A stretch of 64,000 nucleotides of DNA, taken from the NCBI GenBank assembly GCA_028286865.1, contig JAQBQU010000007.1, positions 5,888 to 69,887 on the forward strand. The letters are read 5' to 3'. The notes below the pieces were generated by a model. The model did not search any database, was not told the origin of the DNA, and was given only the letters and a program-made list of their open reading frames with translations. This DNA comes from Candidatus Kaiserbacteria bacterium. GTDB lineage: Bacteria > Patescibacteriota > Minisyncoccia > Phycocordibacterales > UBA2100. Shown one piece after another: positions 20,190-29,326 of this stretch; position 1 is the stretch's first letter; each line of letters begins with the position of its first letter. The position numbers were made by a program, and so were the translations under genes.

Positions 20190-20618
20190 TTATTTAAGGT
20201 CGGTCGTGATGCCCATTGAGCGAGCAGTTCCGGCGATGATCTTCTTTGCGTGTTCGAGGTCGTTGGCGTTGAGGTCCTCCATTTTCTCCTTGGCGATGTC
20301 CTCTACCTGCTGATTCGAGAGCTTCGCTACCTTATCAGCATGAGGACGCTGAGAACCCTTTTCGATGCCTGCAGCTTTGAGGATGAGGCGAGAAGCCGGC
20401 GGCTTCTTGACGATAAAGGTGAATGATCGGTCCTTGTAGACGGTCATGAGGACCGGTACGACGGAGCCCATCATCGGACGCGTGAGGGTGTTGAACTGGT
20501 TGACGAAATCGCCGATGTTCACGCCGGCCGGACCGAGCGCAGTACCCACCGGTGGAGCTGGGGTAGCCTTACCGGCCTCGATCTGGAGCTTAATGATTTT
20601 TGTTATTTCTTTTGCCAT
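20190..20618 (-). CDS. rplK: 50S ribosomal protein L11
   Basis: [28 protein letters not shown]. Confidence 0.98.
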   Translation of the reverse strand: MAKEITKIIKLQIEAGKATPAPPVGTALGPAGVNIGDFVNQFNTLTRPMMGSVVPVLMTVYKDRSFTFIVKKPPASRLILKAAGIEKGSQRPHADKVAKLSNQQVEDIAKEKMEDLNANDLEHAKKIIAGTARSMGITTDLK

Positions 20619-20627
20619 AAATATTGA

Positions 20628-21173
20628 TTAGACACGCTGCACCTGGTCCGCCTCGAGCTCCACCGGAGTCTCTCGACCGAACATCGGTACGAGCACTTTA
20701 ACTTTTCCGCGCTCTTCGTCAATCTCTCCGACTTTTCCTTCGAGATCCTTGAAAGGCCCGTCGATAATAATAACTGCATCCCCTGCTGCAAGATCGATCG
20801 CGTGGCGCACGGTGTCTCCCTCTGATCGCTTGAGAATTTTGTCCACCTCTTCCTGAGAGAGCGGTACGGCCTGGTTCGCGGTGCCCACGAATCCGGTGAC
20901 CTGCGGAGTGTTGCGGACAACGCTCCATGCATCATCGGTCGCGACCATGTCCACGAGCACATAGCCGGGGAAGATCTTCTCTTTGGTCTCGGTGCGGCGA
21001 CCGTTCTTGATCTTGATCTTCTTTTCGATCGGAACGACGACATTGAATATCTGTTCTCCCATACCGAAACTGTCGATACGCTGCTTCAAATTGCGCGCGA
21101 CCGCATCCTCGTAGCCGGAGTAAGTGTGGACCGCGTACCACTTTCTTTCTGTCCCGTGAGTTTGTTTGGCCAT
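20628..21173 (-). CDS. nusG: Transcription termination/antitermination factor NusG
   Basis: WYAVHTYSGYE, FPGYVLV, KOW domain, MFGRETPVEL. Confidence 0.97.
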   Translation of the reverse strand: MAKQTHGTERKWYAVHTYSGYEDAVARNLKQRIDSFGMGEQIFNVVVPIEKKIKIKNGRRTETKEKIFPGYVLVDMVATDDAWSVVRNTPQVTGFVGTANQAVPLSQEEVDKILKRSEGDTVRHAIDLAAGDAVIIIDGPFKDLEGKVGEIDEERGKVKVLVPMFGRETPVELEADQVQRV

Positions 21174-21174
21174 A

Positions 21175-21459
21175 TTATTGATTTGTTGTAGGAGCAAGCG
21201 GATTGGTGTTGACCGGGGTGGTGTTCACCTGTGTCACCTGGATCGGGCTCGTCGTTGCAGTGGTCGGTGTCGGGGTGCGGTCGATCACCTGCTTGATACC
21301 GCTCGTGAAAAGGTAGTCGAAGACACCGAGGTACAGCGCGATACCGACAGAGATCGCGGCGACGAGTATCGTGTACACGATCGTCTGCAGCTGCGTCGGC
21401 CAGGCCACGTGCCTGAGCTCGCCCTGTGTCTCTTTCAAGTATTGTCCGAATCCGGCCAT
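21175..21459 (-). CDS. secE: Preprotein translocase SecE
   Basis: ELRHVAWPT motif plus TM; secE-nusG-rplK order. Confidence 0.93.
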   Translation of the reverse strand: MAGFGQYLKETQGELRHVAWPTQLQTIVYTILVAAISVGIALYLGVFDYLFTSGIKQVIDRTPTPTTATTSPIQVTQVNTTPVNTNPLAPTTNQ

Positions 21460-21547
21460 ATATCGAAGTGTTTAAGCGCTCCTAATCAAAAACCCCTTGC
21501 GGGGCCTTTGAAATACAGTATACCGCCGTCCGGCCGAAAGTCAATCC

Positions 21548-21850
21548 TTAGCCGAGGAGCGTGGTGAGGAAGCGCGACAGCGCCTTGGCCTCCGTGGAGG
21601 GAGCGACAGAATAATGAGTGTTTCTGCCGTCTTTTGCCGCCTTGACGATCTTGGCCCGTGAGAGCAGCGCGAGCTGGTGACTGACAGCGGAATGCGTCAT
21701 ATCGATCTCGGAAGCGAGCTCCTGCACGGAGCATGTCTTGCGTGAAGTGAGGGTCGAGAGGATGAGGGCGCGCGTCGGACTTGCGACCAATCTAAAGAGC
21801 TTCGCGGCGCGTGTTACGCGCTGGCGGTATATCTTGGAGACCATGAACAC
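21548..21850 (-). CDS. ArsR/SmtB family transcriptional regulator
   Basis: SPTRALIL...SVQELA...SAVSHQL...KDGRNTHY. Confidence 0.88.
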   Translation of the reverse strand: MFMVSKIYRQRVTRAAKLFRLVASPTRALILSTLTSRKTCSVQELASEIDMTHSAVSHQLALLSRAKIVKAAKDGRNTHYSVAPSTEAKALSRFLTTLLG

Positions 21851-21852
21851 GC

Positions 21853-22668
21853 TTATCGGATCTCGTACGTCACGCTCACCTCTGAGGTGATCTTATTCTG
21901 TCCGACCGCTACTTCCGGAGCCGGAGCGGCAGCGACCGAGTCCATGGCCATGCCGGCGCTCGCCTTGGTGGCGTAGTAGTACGGCTGATTGTTGTTCTCA
22001 TTGAACCCGACGACACGAACGACGGAGACGCCGAGCGACTTCGCGAGCGCGTCGGCCTTTCCCTTTGCTTCGGTGATCGCCTTATCGCGCGCCTGAGCTT
22101 CGAGTCCCTTCTGGTCGTCGATCGTGAATGAAAGCGATGAGACCGATGACGCGCCCTTGGAGCCTACGCCGGAGAGCAATGCTCCCGCCTTCTGCGTGTC
22201 GCGGACCTTCACGGTAAGGGTGTCGGATACCTGGAAACCGACGAGCGTCTGCTTGCCCGGACCGCAGTACGTTCCTGAAGGACACACTGTGTTGGAATAA
22301 TCATATTGCGGATTCACACTGTAGTCGGTCGTCTGAATGTCTTTTGCATCAATGCCCTGTGATTTGAGGTACGCGATGATCGCATTGCCTTTGGTATTAG
22401 CGGCGGTCTGGGCCGTCGTCACATCCTTACCGGTCTCGATGACCGACACGGTGAATGTCGCGGTGTCGGGTACTGCGAATACTTGGCCTTCCCCGGTGAC
22501 AGTAATGGTATTGGTCGCGGCGACCCCCGAGCCGATATAGTGATACCCCTTGAGCTCGGCAAATGATGCAATAAGAAGGAACAGTGCCAACATCGCGAGC
22601 GCGATCGAGGCGAACATGCGCGGATAATGAGTCGCTACGATGATCTCTTGAGCTGTTCGTTCTTCCAT
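21853..22668 (-). CDS. SIMPL domain (DUF541) protein
   Basis: ITVTGEGQVFAVPDTA; ARDKAITEAKGKA; C-terminal VSVTYEI. Confidence 0.9.
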   Translation of the reverse strand: MEERTAQEIIVATHYPRMFASIALAMLALFLLIASFAELKGYHYIGSGVAATNTITVTGEGQVFAVPDTATFTVSVIETGKDVTTAQTAANTKGNAIIAYLKSQGIDAKDIQTTDYSVNPQYDYSNTVCPSGTYCGPGKQTLVGFQVSDTLTVKVRDTQKAGALLSGVGSKGASSVSSLSFTIDDQKGLEAQARDKAITEAKGKADALAKSLGVSVVRVVGFNENNNQPYYYATKASAGMAMDSVAAAPAPEVAVGQNKITSEVSVTYEIR

Positions 22669-22767
22669 AGTATGAAAATTATGTATTAAATAACCCCTGG
22701 TACGTTTGTATGACGTTGGGATGAAGACATCCTTACCGGATATATTCGCACCCGTCTTTATATTATA

Positions 22768-23481
22768 TCAGTTGCCGGCGACTTCGATCGGATGACGGGC
22801 CTCATCTTTGAGAAACGCGGCGTGCTCCTGCGGGAACAGCCACAGTGCGATGTGATAGATCGTGAACGTTATGAAGAATGCAGATGCGACGTCGATGGAA
22901 TAATGGATGTGACCCAGCAGCACGACGCCCGCAAGGAATACTGACCATGCCAGAAATATGTACCGCAGCCAGTGCTCCCTCCAGTATACGAGCGCCATCA
23001 GGAAGGGTGCCCCGGTGTGTCCCGAAAAGAAGAGGTCATCACCGAAGAATACTTTGCTCAAAAAGATCCCGATGCTCGACGTGAACTGGATCGCGGTATG
23101 GACCGGATACGGACCGATGTGGGTCAGTGTGATGAATCCCGCGCGGATGAAGAAGAACAGTGCGAGGCTGTGAAGTGTAAAGGTGATCCGCTTGGGGCGA
23201 AGCAGGAGAAGCAGGAGAATGAACGCAATGAGCGCGACCGCACCGTATACGAAATACCCGTCGACATCAAAGACCGCGGTGTGATCGAGAATGAGATCGG
23301 TGACCGAGTTACTTGCCGCCACGGTGGCATATGCGCTCGCCATGTAATTGGCATAGATGCTCGCGGCAAAGACAAGGATCGCCGCGGCCGCGGAGAACCA
23401 GTGGTCAGTGAGCCCGAAGAACTCAGCGTAGCGACGCGAGACAATATCAAGCTTCCAGGGCCTTTGTGACGGCTTTGCCAT
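22768..23481 (-). CDS. Sphingomyelin-synthase-like / PAP2_C membrane phosphotransferase
   Basis: DLFFSGHTG and GHIHYSIDV motifs in a multi-TM protein. Confidence 0.75.
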   Translation of the reverse strand: MAKPSQRPWKLDIVSRRYAEFFGLTDHWFSAAAAILVFAASIYANYMASAYATVAASNSVTDLILDHTAVFDVDGYFVYGAVALIAFILLLLLLRPKRITFTLHSLALFFFIRAGFITLTHIGPYPVHTAIQFTSSIGIFLSKVFFGDDLFFSGHTGAPFLMALVYWREHWLRYIFLAWSVFLAGVVLLGHIHYSIDVASAFFITFTIYHIALWLFPQEHAAFLKDEARHPIEVAGN

Positions 23482-23511
23482 AAGTTCGTATAGAGCGAGT
23501 ATACTATGGGC

Positions 23512-24102
23512 ATGGATATTGCCCATGCGACAGCGCTGCTGTTGGAATATAAGTACCTGATCATGCTCCCGCTTGCCGTGATCGAAGGCCCCATCCTCAG
23601 CATGGTCGCGGGATTCTTTATCCGCGCCGGAGAGCTCTCGCTCATCCCTGTCTTCATAACGCTTGCGGCGGGAGACCTCATCGGAGACACCCTGTGGTAC
23701 TGGCTCGGCAGGTCATACGGTCACCGCTTTGTATCGCGTTTCGGTAAGTATGTTTCGATAAGCGAGGATAACATCGCAACGCTCCAGCGGGTGTTCCAGC
23801 GGTATCACACGCCGATACTCCTCTTCTCGAAGCTCACCATGGGACTCGGCTTCCCGGGAGCGACCCTCTTCACCGCCGGACTCTCGCGCGTCCCCTTCTG
23901 GAGATACATGGCGCTCAACACCATCGGCCAGGTGATATGGACCGCGTTTCTGATCGCTATCGGCTACTACCTCGGTCAGCTCTATCAGCAATTCAATAAT
24001 ATTCTCGGCATTCTCTCGGCCATGGGTATTATGCTTGTCATATTCGCGCTTCTGGTCGGATTCGGTAAATACGTCCGTTCCCGACTCACCGAAATAGTAT
24101 GA
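23512..24102 (+). CDS. DedA family membrane protein
   Basis: GDLIGDTLWYWLGR; AGLSRVPFWRY; start chosen 6 nt after TATACT. Confidence 0.88.
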   Translation: MDIAHATALLLEYKYLIMLPLAVIEGPILSMVAGFFIRAGELSLIPVFITLAAGDLIGDTLWYWLGRSYGHRFVSRFGKYVSISEDNIATLQRVFQRYHTPILLFSKLTMGLGFPGATLFTAGLSRVPFWRYMALNTIGQVIWTAFLIAIGYYLGQLYQQFNNILGILSAMGIMLVIFALLVGFGKYVRSRLTEIV

Positions 24103-24794
24103 TCTCGATCGTTATACCCACCCGCGAAGAAGAGCGCTCGATCGAAAAGACCATCCGGCAATTCGAGTCACTCTCTATCCCCCACGAAGTGATCGTCTCC
24201 GACGGCAAGAGTGCGGACCGGACCGTCGGGATCGCCCGCGCTACCGGGGCGCGCGTTGTCGTGAACGAATCCGGCGTGCGCTCGCCGTCGAAGCAGCGCA
24301 ACGACGGCGCACACGTGGCGGAGGGAGAATTTATTCTCTTTATAGACGCGACCGTCATCATGCCGGATATACAGATGTACCTCACCAAAGCGCTCAAGCA
24401 TTTCGAAGACCCGAAGGTTGTCGCCCTTGCGGTCCCGCAATGGATCTATCCGGAGAGCGCCACACGGACCGACCGCATCATGCTTACCATCACCAACTGG
24501 ATGCTTAAAGTGCAGAAAATGGGCTCGGGTAAATTCGTTCTCACCCGCAGAAGTGCATTTGAGAAGCTCGGAGGCTACCGCGAGGATCTTATGACACGCG
24601 AGGACGGAGACTTTTTCATCAGATCGAAGACCATCGGCACGGTCGTGTTCGATACCGATCTCCCCATTTATTATGCCGGGCGCCGCGAACACGCCTGGGG
24701 GTGGCCGAAACTACTCTATGTATGGGTCCGGGATACGATATCCGTCATTCTTTTTGATAAATCGGCGTCCGAAGATTGGGCTCCGGTACGGTGA
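24099..24794 (+). CDS. Glycosyltransferase family 2
   Basis: ISIVIPT, VSDGKSAD, FIDA, EDGD. Confidence 0.9.
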   Translation: MISIVIPTREEERSIEKTIRQFESLSIPHEVIVSDGKSADRTVGIARATGARVVVNESGVRSPSKQRNDGAHVAEGEFILFIDATVIMPDIQMYLTKALKHFEDPKVVALAVPQWIYPESATRTDRIMLTITNWMLKVQKMGSGKFVLTRRSAFEKLGGYREDLMTREDGDFFIRSKTIGTVVFDTDLPIYYAGRREHAWGWPKLLYVWVRDTISVILFDKSASEDWAPVR

Positions 24795-24795
24795 T

Positions 24796-25848
24796 ATGGG
24801 TATTGAGGGCAAGAAAATAAATCGCCGCGACCTGCTCAAGGGCGCCAGCGCACTTGCCATTACCGCCTCACTCGGCGGCGATACTCTTACCGGCATGAAT
24901 GAGGGCCTCGCGAATGACGCCGAAAAAAGAAGCAAGACGCCGCTCGAGAGAGCATTCGGCGATGAGCTCGTTATCGGCGGCGAGACAACCGAGGTGATAG
25001 ACATTCAACCCGAGAGCCCCTCGACAAGACCTCTGACGCTTGTTGCCCCCGGGTTCAACGCATCGATCCATACCAATTCGCCCATGCTTGAGATGCTCGC
25101 AGATAATGATCGGCGCGTTCTTTCGCTTAATCAGCCGCGTGAAGCAAGCGAGATAGGCAACCTCTCACTCAACGAGTGGGAGAAGATCGCATCCTTCCCG
25201 AGGTCAGAGCTGCAGAAGGCATCAAATCTTCTTGAGTTGCTGGACAAGAAAGATGTCTCTGAAAAAGTAAACGTACTTGCCTTTTCTGAAGGCGCATTGA
25301 ACACACTTCTTGCCGCCTACCTGAGGCCCGAAAAATTCAACAGCATCGTGCTCTCCGCTCCTGCAGGGCTCATAGGTTCAGACAATTTGATCAGTCTTGC
25401 ATTGCGCTATCGATCGCAAGCGCAGACTGATAATTCGATCGGCATTCCGTCACGAAAAGATTTTGTGTCTCAATTTCCTGAGCTTGCAGCTCAGGAGCAG
25501 GCGATGATCGATCATATTGCAGCCGCTTGGAAAGACGATGAGGTAGAAGCGGGCAAACATAAGCTGGCCAGCATAAAAGACCTCCTCGCGCTTTCCACTA
25601 TGCAGATAGATGATCTCGTCGCATTCGCCCGAACAGCCGGTATCAAAGTCGCTGTTATCGCGGGGGTGGACGATCAGGCATTCCCTGCTGAAACGATGGC
25701 AAAGCGACTTCCGAAAGATTCGCTGGACGGATTCCTCTCAGTAAGAGCAGCGCACGGTCCGCAATACTCCGCCCGGATCGTGAATTATCTGTTTGACCTG
25801 CTGAATGCAAAGCGCGAGAAAGAAGCACGTGCCAACACGTCCCATTAA
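24796..25848 (+). CDS. Alpha/beta hydrolase with twin-arginine-like N-terminus
   Basis: VAPGF oxyanion region, AFSEG nucleophile elbow, GVDD, AAHG; NRRDLLKG at N-terminus. Confidence 0.75.
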   Translation: MGIEGKKINRRDLLKGASALAITASLGGDTLTGMNEGLANDAEKRSKTPLERAFGDELVIGGETTEVIDIQPESPSTRPLTLVAPGFNASIHTNSPMLEMLADNDRRVLSLNQPREASEIGNLSLNEWEKIASFPRSELQKASNLLELLDKKDVSEKVNVLAFSEGALNTLLAAYLRPEKFNSIVLSAPAGLIGSDNLISLALRYRSQAQTDNSIGIPSRKDFVSQFPELAAQEQAMIDHIAAAWKDDEVEAGKHKLASIKDLLALSTMQIDDLVAFARTAGIKVAVIAGVDDQAFPAETMAKRLPKDSLDGFLSVRAAHGPQYSARIVNYLFDLLNAKREKEARANTSH

Positions 25849-25869
25849 CTACGCACATCCATGTACGTG

Positions 25870-26583
25870 CTATGCGCGCTGATCGGTGTAGGTCTTGGTG
25901 AATGATCGCTTGAAAAATACGTGCCAGAGCAAATTGACCGTATAGCGCGTATAGGTGCGCATGATCCCCTCTTTCAGGAGTCGGCGTGCTGATGTCTCGA
26001 TCGGAAAATCCATTCTCAGTAGGGTCGGTCCGCTCTTCGATAGTCGTCGCGCAATGTCGGCATCCTCTCCGTAAAATACGATGCCGCGATCAAAGCCGCC
26101 GATCTCTTGCAATGCGCTACGGCGAGCAATGAAATTGCCCCCGATGATAAGAAATCCCGCCGTGAAATACGGTATCGGTAACGTGATCCACTGGAGCGGA
26201 ATGACGAGCGCCTTGAGATACGCAGGTCCATCGTAATACCGGACGGGGCCCGTGAGCGATACCGCCTCGGGATGTTTCGTGAGATGTCGCTCGGCCGTCT
26301 CGAACCAGTTCGGCGTGAGGCGGCAATCGGCATCCATATAGGCGACGTACTCTCCGCTTGTCTGTTCAAAGCCGCTCTGGCGCGCATGAGTGAGCCCCTT
26401 GCGGTCCTCGCGGACCACGCGAGCACCTTTTGCTCGCGCGACCTCTGCCGTCTTGTCGGTCGATGCATTATCAACAACGACGACCTCCTTGAACTTCCCG
26501 GGCGCGTATCGATTGATCGAATCCAAGCATCCTCCGAGATATGCCTCTTCGTTGTACGCAGGTATGATCAGTGTGATTTCCAT
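25870..26583 (-). CDS. Glycosyltransferase family 2
   Basis: IIPAYNEE, VDNASTD, DAD, GEDAD, SARR. Confidence 0.92.
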   Translation of the reverse strand: MEITLIIPAYNEEAYLGGCLDSINRYAPGKFKEVVVVDNASTDKTAEVARAKGARVVREDRKGLTHARQSGFEQTSGEYVAYMDADCRLTPNWFETAERHLTKHPEAVSLTGPVRYYDGPAYLKALVIPLQWITLPIPYFTAGFLIIGGNFIARRSALQEIGGFDRGIVFYGEDADIARRLSKSGPTLLRMDFPIETSARRLLKEGIMRTYTRYTVNLLWHVFFKRSFTKTYTDQRA

Positions 26584-26585
26584 AT

Positions 26586-26661
26586 TGGGGCGATCGCAGG
26601 GAATCGAACCCTGATTGAGAGCTCCACAAGCTCCAGTGTTAACCGTTACACCACGACCGCC
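26586..26661 (-). tRNA. tRNA-His(GTG), with encoded G-1 and CCA
   Basis: Cloverleaf; anticodon arm GGAGC-TTGTGGA-GCTCT; GGTTCGATTCC T-arm. Confidence 0.95.
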
Positions 26662-26713
26662 ATCTCGGTGCCCCTACTATATACCAAAATAACTGCTCCG
26701 ACGCGAGACGTGG

Positions 26714-27814
26714 TCAGTGCGTGATCGTAACGGTCGGCTCCGCCGCGGGCACTTCGACCGCGACAAAGGTGATGCGGCCGATGATCTGCCCGTACTGCGT
26801 TTTCACATTCACGCGCCACTTGCCCGGCGTGATGCCGCTTTTGATCGAATATCCGCGATACCCGCCGTCGCGGCCTCCGTTGATCTGAAAGCGAAGTGTA
26901 TCGGTCGTGATCCAGTTCTTGCTCGCGATGTCGTAGCGCTGCCACTCGTGGATGAGTGCCGTCGAGAGACCGGTGGGCGCGAAGACGGCGCTGTATATCC
27001 ACGCGCTCTCTCCCTTTGTGTAATGAAATTCGATGCTCCGGAACAGAAACGGTTGATACCACGCTTGCTGCTCGGCTGCGAGCTGATACTCGGTCCCGAT
27101 GCGGGTCACTTTGTGATACACGCCGGATTCTTTCAGAGCAAGCGGGAGCGGCGGTATCGCATTAGAGAAATAGAGAATATTGAACACCACGTAGATGATA
27201 GCGATGGCGCGCATGATGCGCAGGCGTTGCGGCCGCGCCAATTCCGGCACCAGGTATTCAATACAAAAGAAGAGCGCTGTGATGACAAGGAGTGCGGATA
27301 TTCCGCTGACTACGAACATCCATGGCCCGATCGCGCGGAAGATGACCGGCAAGAAAAAGGCGAAAAAGGCGAAGAGCACGGTGAAGTACAGCGGCATCTG
27401 GAACGAGAGACGTACATAGAGCTTACGAAAACGCTCGTTGCCCAGGAGCAGGAATGCAAGCACCACCACAAATATCCAACTGAGCGCAAAGGATGCGCTT
27501 CTGCTGTAGAGGCTCAAGAATCCGCTGAAGAGGCCTCCGAAGGCGAATTGGATCACGATTGGAATGAAGGGGGCAACGGCGAGTACCCATCGGCGCTTCC
27601 ACTTCCCCGCCTCGATGAGATTGATCAAGATGATGCCCGTCATTGAGAGAACGAGATAGAAGATGAGGAGCAGGTTGCTCCGAAGCAGGTCGACGCGGCG
27701 GAGCAAAACAAGATTGTCCGCGAAGAATCCGGCGATGAGGGAAAGCGGCGAAATGTACCGCTCATACCAATGGATCAATTCCTCAGTGCTTTTCGGGAGG
27801 TACCGGCGGATCAT
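26714..27814 (-). CDS. Membrane protein with C-terminal DUF2914-like domain
   Basis: Many TMs, then GGRDGGYRGYS...PGKWRVNV. Confidence 0.75.
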   Translation of the reverse strand: MIRRYLPKSTEELIHWYERYISPLSLIAGFFADNLVLLRRVDLLRSNLLLIFYLVLSMTGIILINLIEAGKWKRRWVLAVAPFIPIVIQFAFGGLFSGFLSLYSRSASFALSWIFVVVLAFLLLGNERFRKLYVRLSFQMPLYFTVLFAFFAFFLPVIFRAIGPWMFVVSGISALLVITALFFCIEYLVPELARPQRLRIMRAIAIIYVVFNILYFSNAIPPLPLALKESGVYHKVTRIGTEYQLAAEQQAWYQPFLFRSIEFHYTKGESAWIYSAVFAPTGLSTALIHEWQRYDIASKNWITTDTLRFQINGGRDGGYRGYSIKSGITPGKWRVNVKTQYGQIIGRITFVAVEVPAAEPTVTITH

Positions 27815-27826
27815 GCGGTCATGATA

Positions 27827-27858
27827 GCAAAAGGTCCGACAATTGTCGGACCTTTTGC
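27827..27858. terminator. Palindromic terminator after tRNA-Leu
   Basis: GCAAAAGGTCCGACAATTGTCGGACCTTTTGC. Confidence 0.75.
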
Positions 27859-27872
27859 GCTTCTGTCTTTTG

Positions 27873-27954
27873 TGCCCAGGGGGGGACTCGAACCCCCATG
27901 CCTTTCGGCGCTACCACCTCAAGGTAGTAAGTCTACCAATTTCTCCACCTGGGC
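27873..27954 (-). tRNA. tRNA-Leu(GAG)
   Basis: Cloverleaf with long variable arm; CTACC-TTGAGGT-GGTAG anticodon arm. Confidence 0.95.
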
Positions 27955-28000
27955 TTCGCGGGCCATTCTAACAGAGAGAGGGAAAATCGCGAGCACTTCA

Positions 28001-28033
28001 ACAAAAAAGACCCGTGATCGGGTCTTTTTTTGT
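28001..28033. terminator. Terminator after rplS
   Basis: ACAAAAAAGACCCG-TGAT-CGGGTCTTTTTTTGT. Confidence 0.8.
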
Positions 28034-28048
28034 TTTGATTCTTGAGAG

Positions 28049-28471
28049 TTATTCGGTGGCTGCAGCTTCGGCTGCCGGCTCTTCTGCCTCGACTTCCGCC
28101 TTCGCGACATTCGCTGCGGTCATGAGCTTGGTGCGGCGGAGCTGGCGGCGAGCTTCACGGGCGACCTTGTCGCGGATGAAGTAGAGTTTCGCGCGGCGGA
28201 CGCGGGCACGCTTGAGGAGTTCGATCTTGTCGATCATAGGAGAGTAGAGCGGGAAGATCTTCTCGACTCCCACGCCTGATGCGACGCGGCGGACCGTAAA
28301 GGTGCCTCCCGCCTCAGTACCGTGCTTGCGGGCGAGAACGAGCCCTTCGAAGGCCTGGAGGCGGGTCTTGCCCTTTTCCTCGATCTTCTGGAATACACGC
28401 ACTGTGTCCCCGGGACGGAGGTCCAGGTTCTTGCGCTCTTCCATGTTTACCGGCGATATTGTGATGGCCAT
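28049..28471 (-). CDS. rplS: 50S ribosomal protein L19
   Basis: LRPGDTVRV, RLQAFEG, GVGVEKIFPLYSP, VRRAKLYF; start at ATG 28471. Confidence 0.97.
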   Translation of the reverse strand: MAITISPVNMEERKNLDLRPGDTVRVFQKIEEKGKTRLQAFEGLVLARKHGTEAGGTFTVRRVASGVGVEKIFPLYSPMIDKIELLKRARVRRAKLYFIRDKVAREARRQLRRTKLMTAANVAKAEVEAEEPAAEAAATE

Positions 28472-28524
28472 ATGTCGCGGCACTATACCACCCCTCCCCT
28501 TCCGGGGCAAATATTGGTCTTTGT

Positions 28525-28608
28525 GGTCACGAATATTTGATTCGCCGCCGCTCATCAAATTTCTCGACCCCGCCTCGCGGTCGCTCAAGCTTGAGCGACA
28601 TCGCTCCG
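28525..28608. repeat. Structured intergenic repeat, copy B
   Basis: GGTCACGAAT-stem-GCCGCCGC-stem-TTCTCGACCCCGCCTCGCGG-TCGCTCAAGCTTGAGCGA-CATCGCTCCG. Confidence 0.85.
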
Positions 28609-28658
28609 ACTTGCTCACGTAAAGAAAAGCAGCACTCAAGTGCTGCTTTTCTATCGTG

Positions 28659-28731
28659 TGCACCCTGCAGGACTCGAACCTGCGACCTTTTCAGTGTAAA
28701 TGAATTGCTCTACCAACTGAGCTAAGGGTGC
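28659..28731 (-). tRNA. tRNA-Val(TAC)
   Basis: Cloverleaf; anticodon loop TTTACAC. Confidence 0.93.
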
Positions 28732-28795
28732 GTATGTGCCGACGGGTCTTCTTCGCGCTCAGAAATTCAACAATGAATCTTTGCATTTCTCTCGC

Positions 28796-28870
28796 TGGTG
28801 CTCTCGGTAGGAATCGAACCTACATCAAGACCTTAGAAGAGTCCTGTTCTATCCATTGAACTACGAGAGC
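28796..28870 (-). tRNA. tRNA-Arg(TCT), CCA encoded
   Basis: Cloverleaf; anticodon loop CTTCTAA. Confidence 0.93.
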
Positions 28871-28972
28871 GAGTGAGCGGGCAAAGTAAGAATATACGAT
28901 ATTCTTACTTTCTCCGAACGATGCTCTCGAAAGCTTGCTTACGAGCGAATTGGCTGCCCCGAGAACTTCACT

Positions 28973-29001
28973 AGCGTACCTTTGCGAGAGCCAACGGTCA
29001 A
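28973..29001 (-). promoter_or_regulatory. sigma70-type promoter for tRNA-Arg/tRNA-Val
   Basis: TTGACC-17 nt-TACGCT on minus strand. Confidence 0.6.
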
Positions 29002-29319
29002 TTATCTCGATGGATCGGATACGGCGGCGCTTGGCGCAGCGTCAAATCGCGCACGGCGTGCGTCCAATACCTCAAGCGTATTCTGCAGACTGTTGCGATC
29101 GAGCGTCGCAGCGTGGGTCGCACTCGAGCCGTCCGCCGAACTGAGATTGTTGATGACCCCGAAGAATTCCCCTGTCCCGTACGCGAGGACGCCGAATACC
29201 ATCAGAAAACCGATCATGAGCAGCATCCGCCAGTACACTTCGGCGAGCGGCCGCATGCTCTCCGGCTCGTGTCGAGCCGCGTAATAGGCCTGCAGATCTT
29301 TGAACATTGAAGTGAACAT
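29002..29319 (-). CDS. Small membrane protein at end of pilM cluster
   Basis: One TM; follows pilO-like gene; start moved to ATG 29319. Confidence 0.6.
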   Translation of the reverse strand: MFTSMFKDLQAYYAARHEPESMRPLAEVYWRMLLMIGFLMVFGVLAYGTGEFFGVINNLSSADGSSATHAATLDRNSLQNTLEVLDARRARFDAAPSAAVSDPSR

Positions 29320-29326
29320 ATAAATA

